A stretch of 63,128 nt of DNA, the filler included, from Octopus bimaculoides (taxonomy: Eukaryota): NCBI RefSeq assembly GCF_001194135.2. It is 6 parts of 5 records of this genome, joined end to end, with 100 filler letters (N's around TTAATTAATTAA, not from the genome) between each part and the next. Parts side by side here need not be neighbours in the genome. Positions count along the whole stretch, not along the records: positions 59,741 to 63,128 come from NW_026436544.1; 5 more parts are not named here. The stretch is one strand, 5' to 3'. Below the pieces are notes generated by a model. The model had not been told where the DNA came from. It saw only the letters and a program-made list of their open reading frames with translations, and did not search any database. Shown here piece after piece: positions 62,399 to 63,128 of this stretch (positions are counted from its first letter, which is position 1; each line of letters opens with the position of its first letter). The position numbers and the translations under genes were made by a program.

Positions 62399-63128
62399 AT
62401 GCATACACACAGAGAAAACCTGCCTTCTGGCCGGCCAGTTGAGTTCGATGCAGAACGATTAAACCAACTTTTGCACGAAAAGTCTTGTCAAGCGACAAGG
62501 GAACTGGCAGAGAAAATAGAATGCTCCCACACTGCTATAAAGAAGCATCTTCACTCGATAGGAAAGGTTCAGAGGTATGGAGCATGGGTTCCACATGCAT
62601 TAAGTGACAACAACAAAAATCAACGAGTCACAATCTCCGCTGGTTTGCTTGCTCGTCACCACTCATCTCTTTACCAAATCGTTTCTGGCGACAAAAAATG
62701 GTACCTGTACATTAATATGAAGCAGCGTAAGGAATGGTTTAGCCCCGGTAAACAAGCGACACCGCGCATGAAACAAGATCTTCATCCGCGTAAAACGATG
62801 TCGTGCATATGGTGAGACTGAGAGGGGATTGTCCATTACGAATTGCTTGAACGGAACTAAACGGTCAACGCGTAACTTTATGTTCAACAGATGGAATGAC
62901 TCAACATGGCTATTCAAGAGAAAAGACCTAATCGACAGCATGGAGTTCTTCTGCTGCACAGCAACGCCCGCCTTCATATCGCCAATATGACCAAAGAAAC
63001 CATTCAAACGCATGGCTGGGAAGTGCTACCACACTCGCCATCCTCTCCTGATTTGGCACCAACAGATTTCCACCTCTATCGATCTCTTTCAAATGCAATG
63101 CGCGGAGTTTCGTTCAATACTGATGCAG
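62399..63128 (+). mobile_element. Mariner (Mos1-like) transposase pseudogene, runs off the window end
   Basis: GRP, GAWVPHAL, IVSGDKKW, LLHSNARLH, LPHSPSSPDLAPTDFHL; several in-frame stops and damaged D,D34D residues. Confidence 0.92.

Overview
AT-rich, microsatellite- and gap-rich draft metazoan sequence. The SINE families and C2H2 gene suggest an octopus/cephalopod genome (inference). Five identical 100-bp N44-TTAATTAATTAA-N44 linkers split it into six blocks whose adjacency is unproven. Host genes: (1) an intronless TLC-domain (TLCD1/2-like) ORF at 2367-3086 (+); (2) the 3' half of a thioester-containing protein (TEP/CD109-like, A2M family), 9 visible exons at 20578-32017 (+), with the C3-type catalytic His and a Pro-rich, non-GPI C-terminus; (3) one exon of a C2H2 zinc-finger gene at 35947-36795 (+); (4) the first five coding exons of an NWD2/NWD1-like NACHT-WD40 gene at 55958-38148 (-). 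The rest is transposon debris (Tx1/L1, R4/Dong, HERO-like, CR1-group, RTE-type tails, Penelope-like, mariner, Helitron, MITEs, four tRNA-SINE families). The most notable unannotated signal is a set of 7-8 minimal type I hammerhead ribozyme motifs from several unrelated Penelope-like tails, including a ~320-bp fold-back element carrying one hammerhead on each strand. All calls are by eye; no searches were run.
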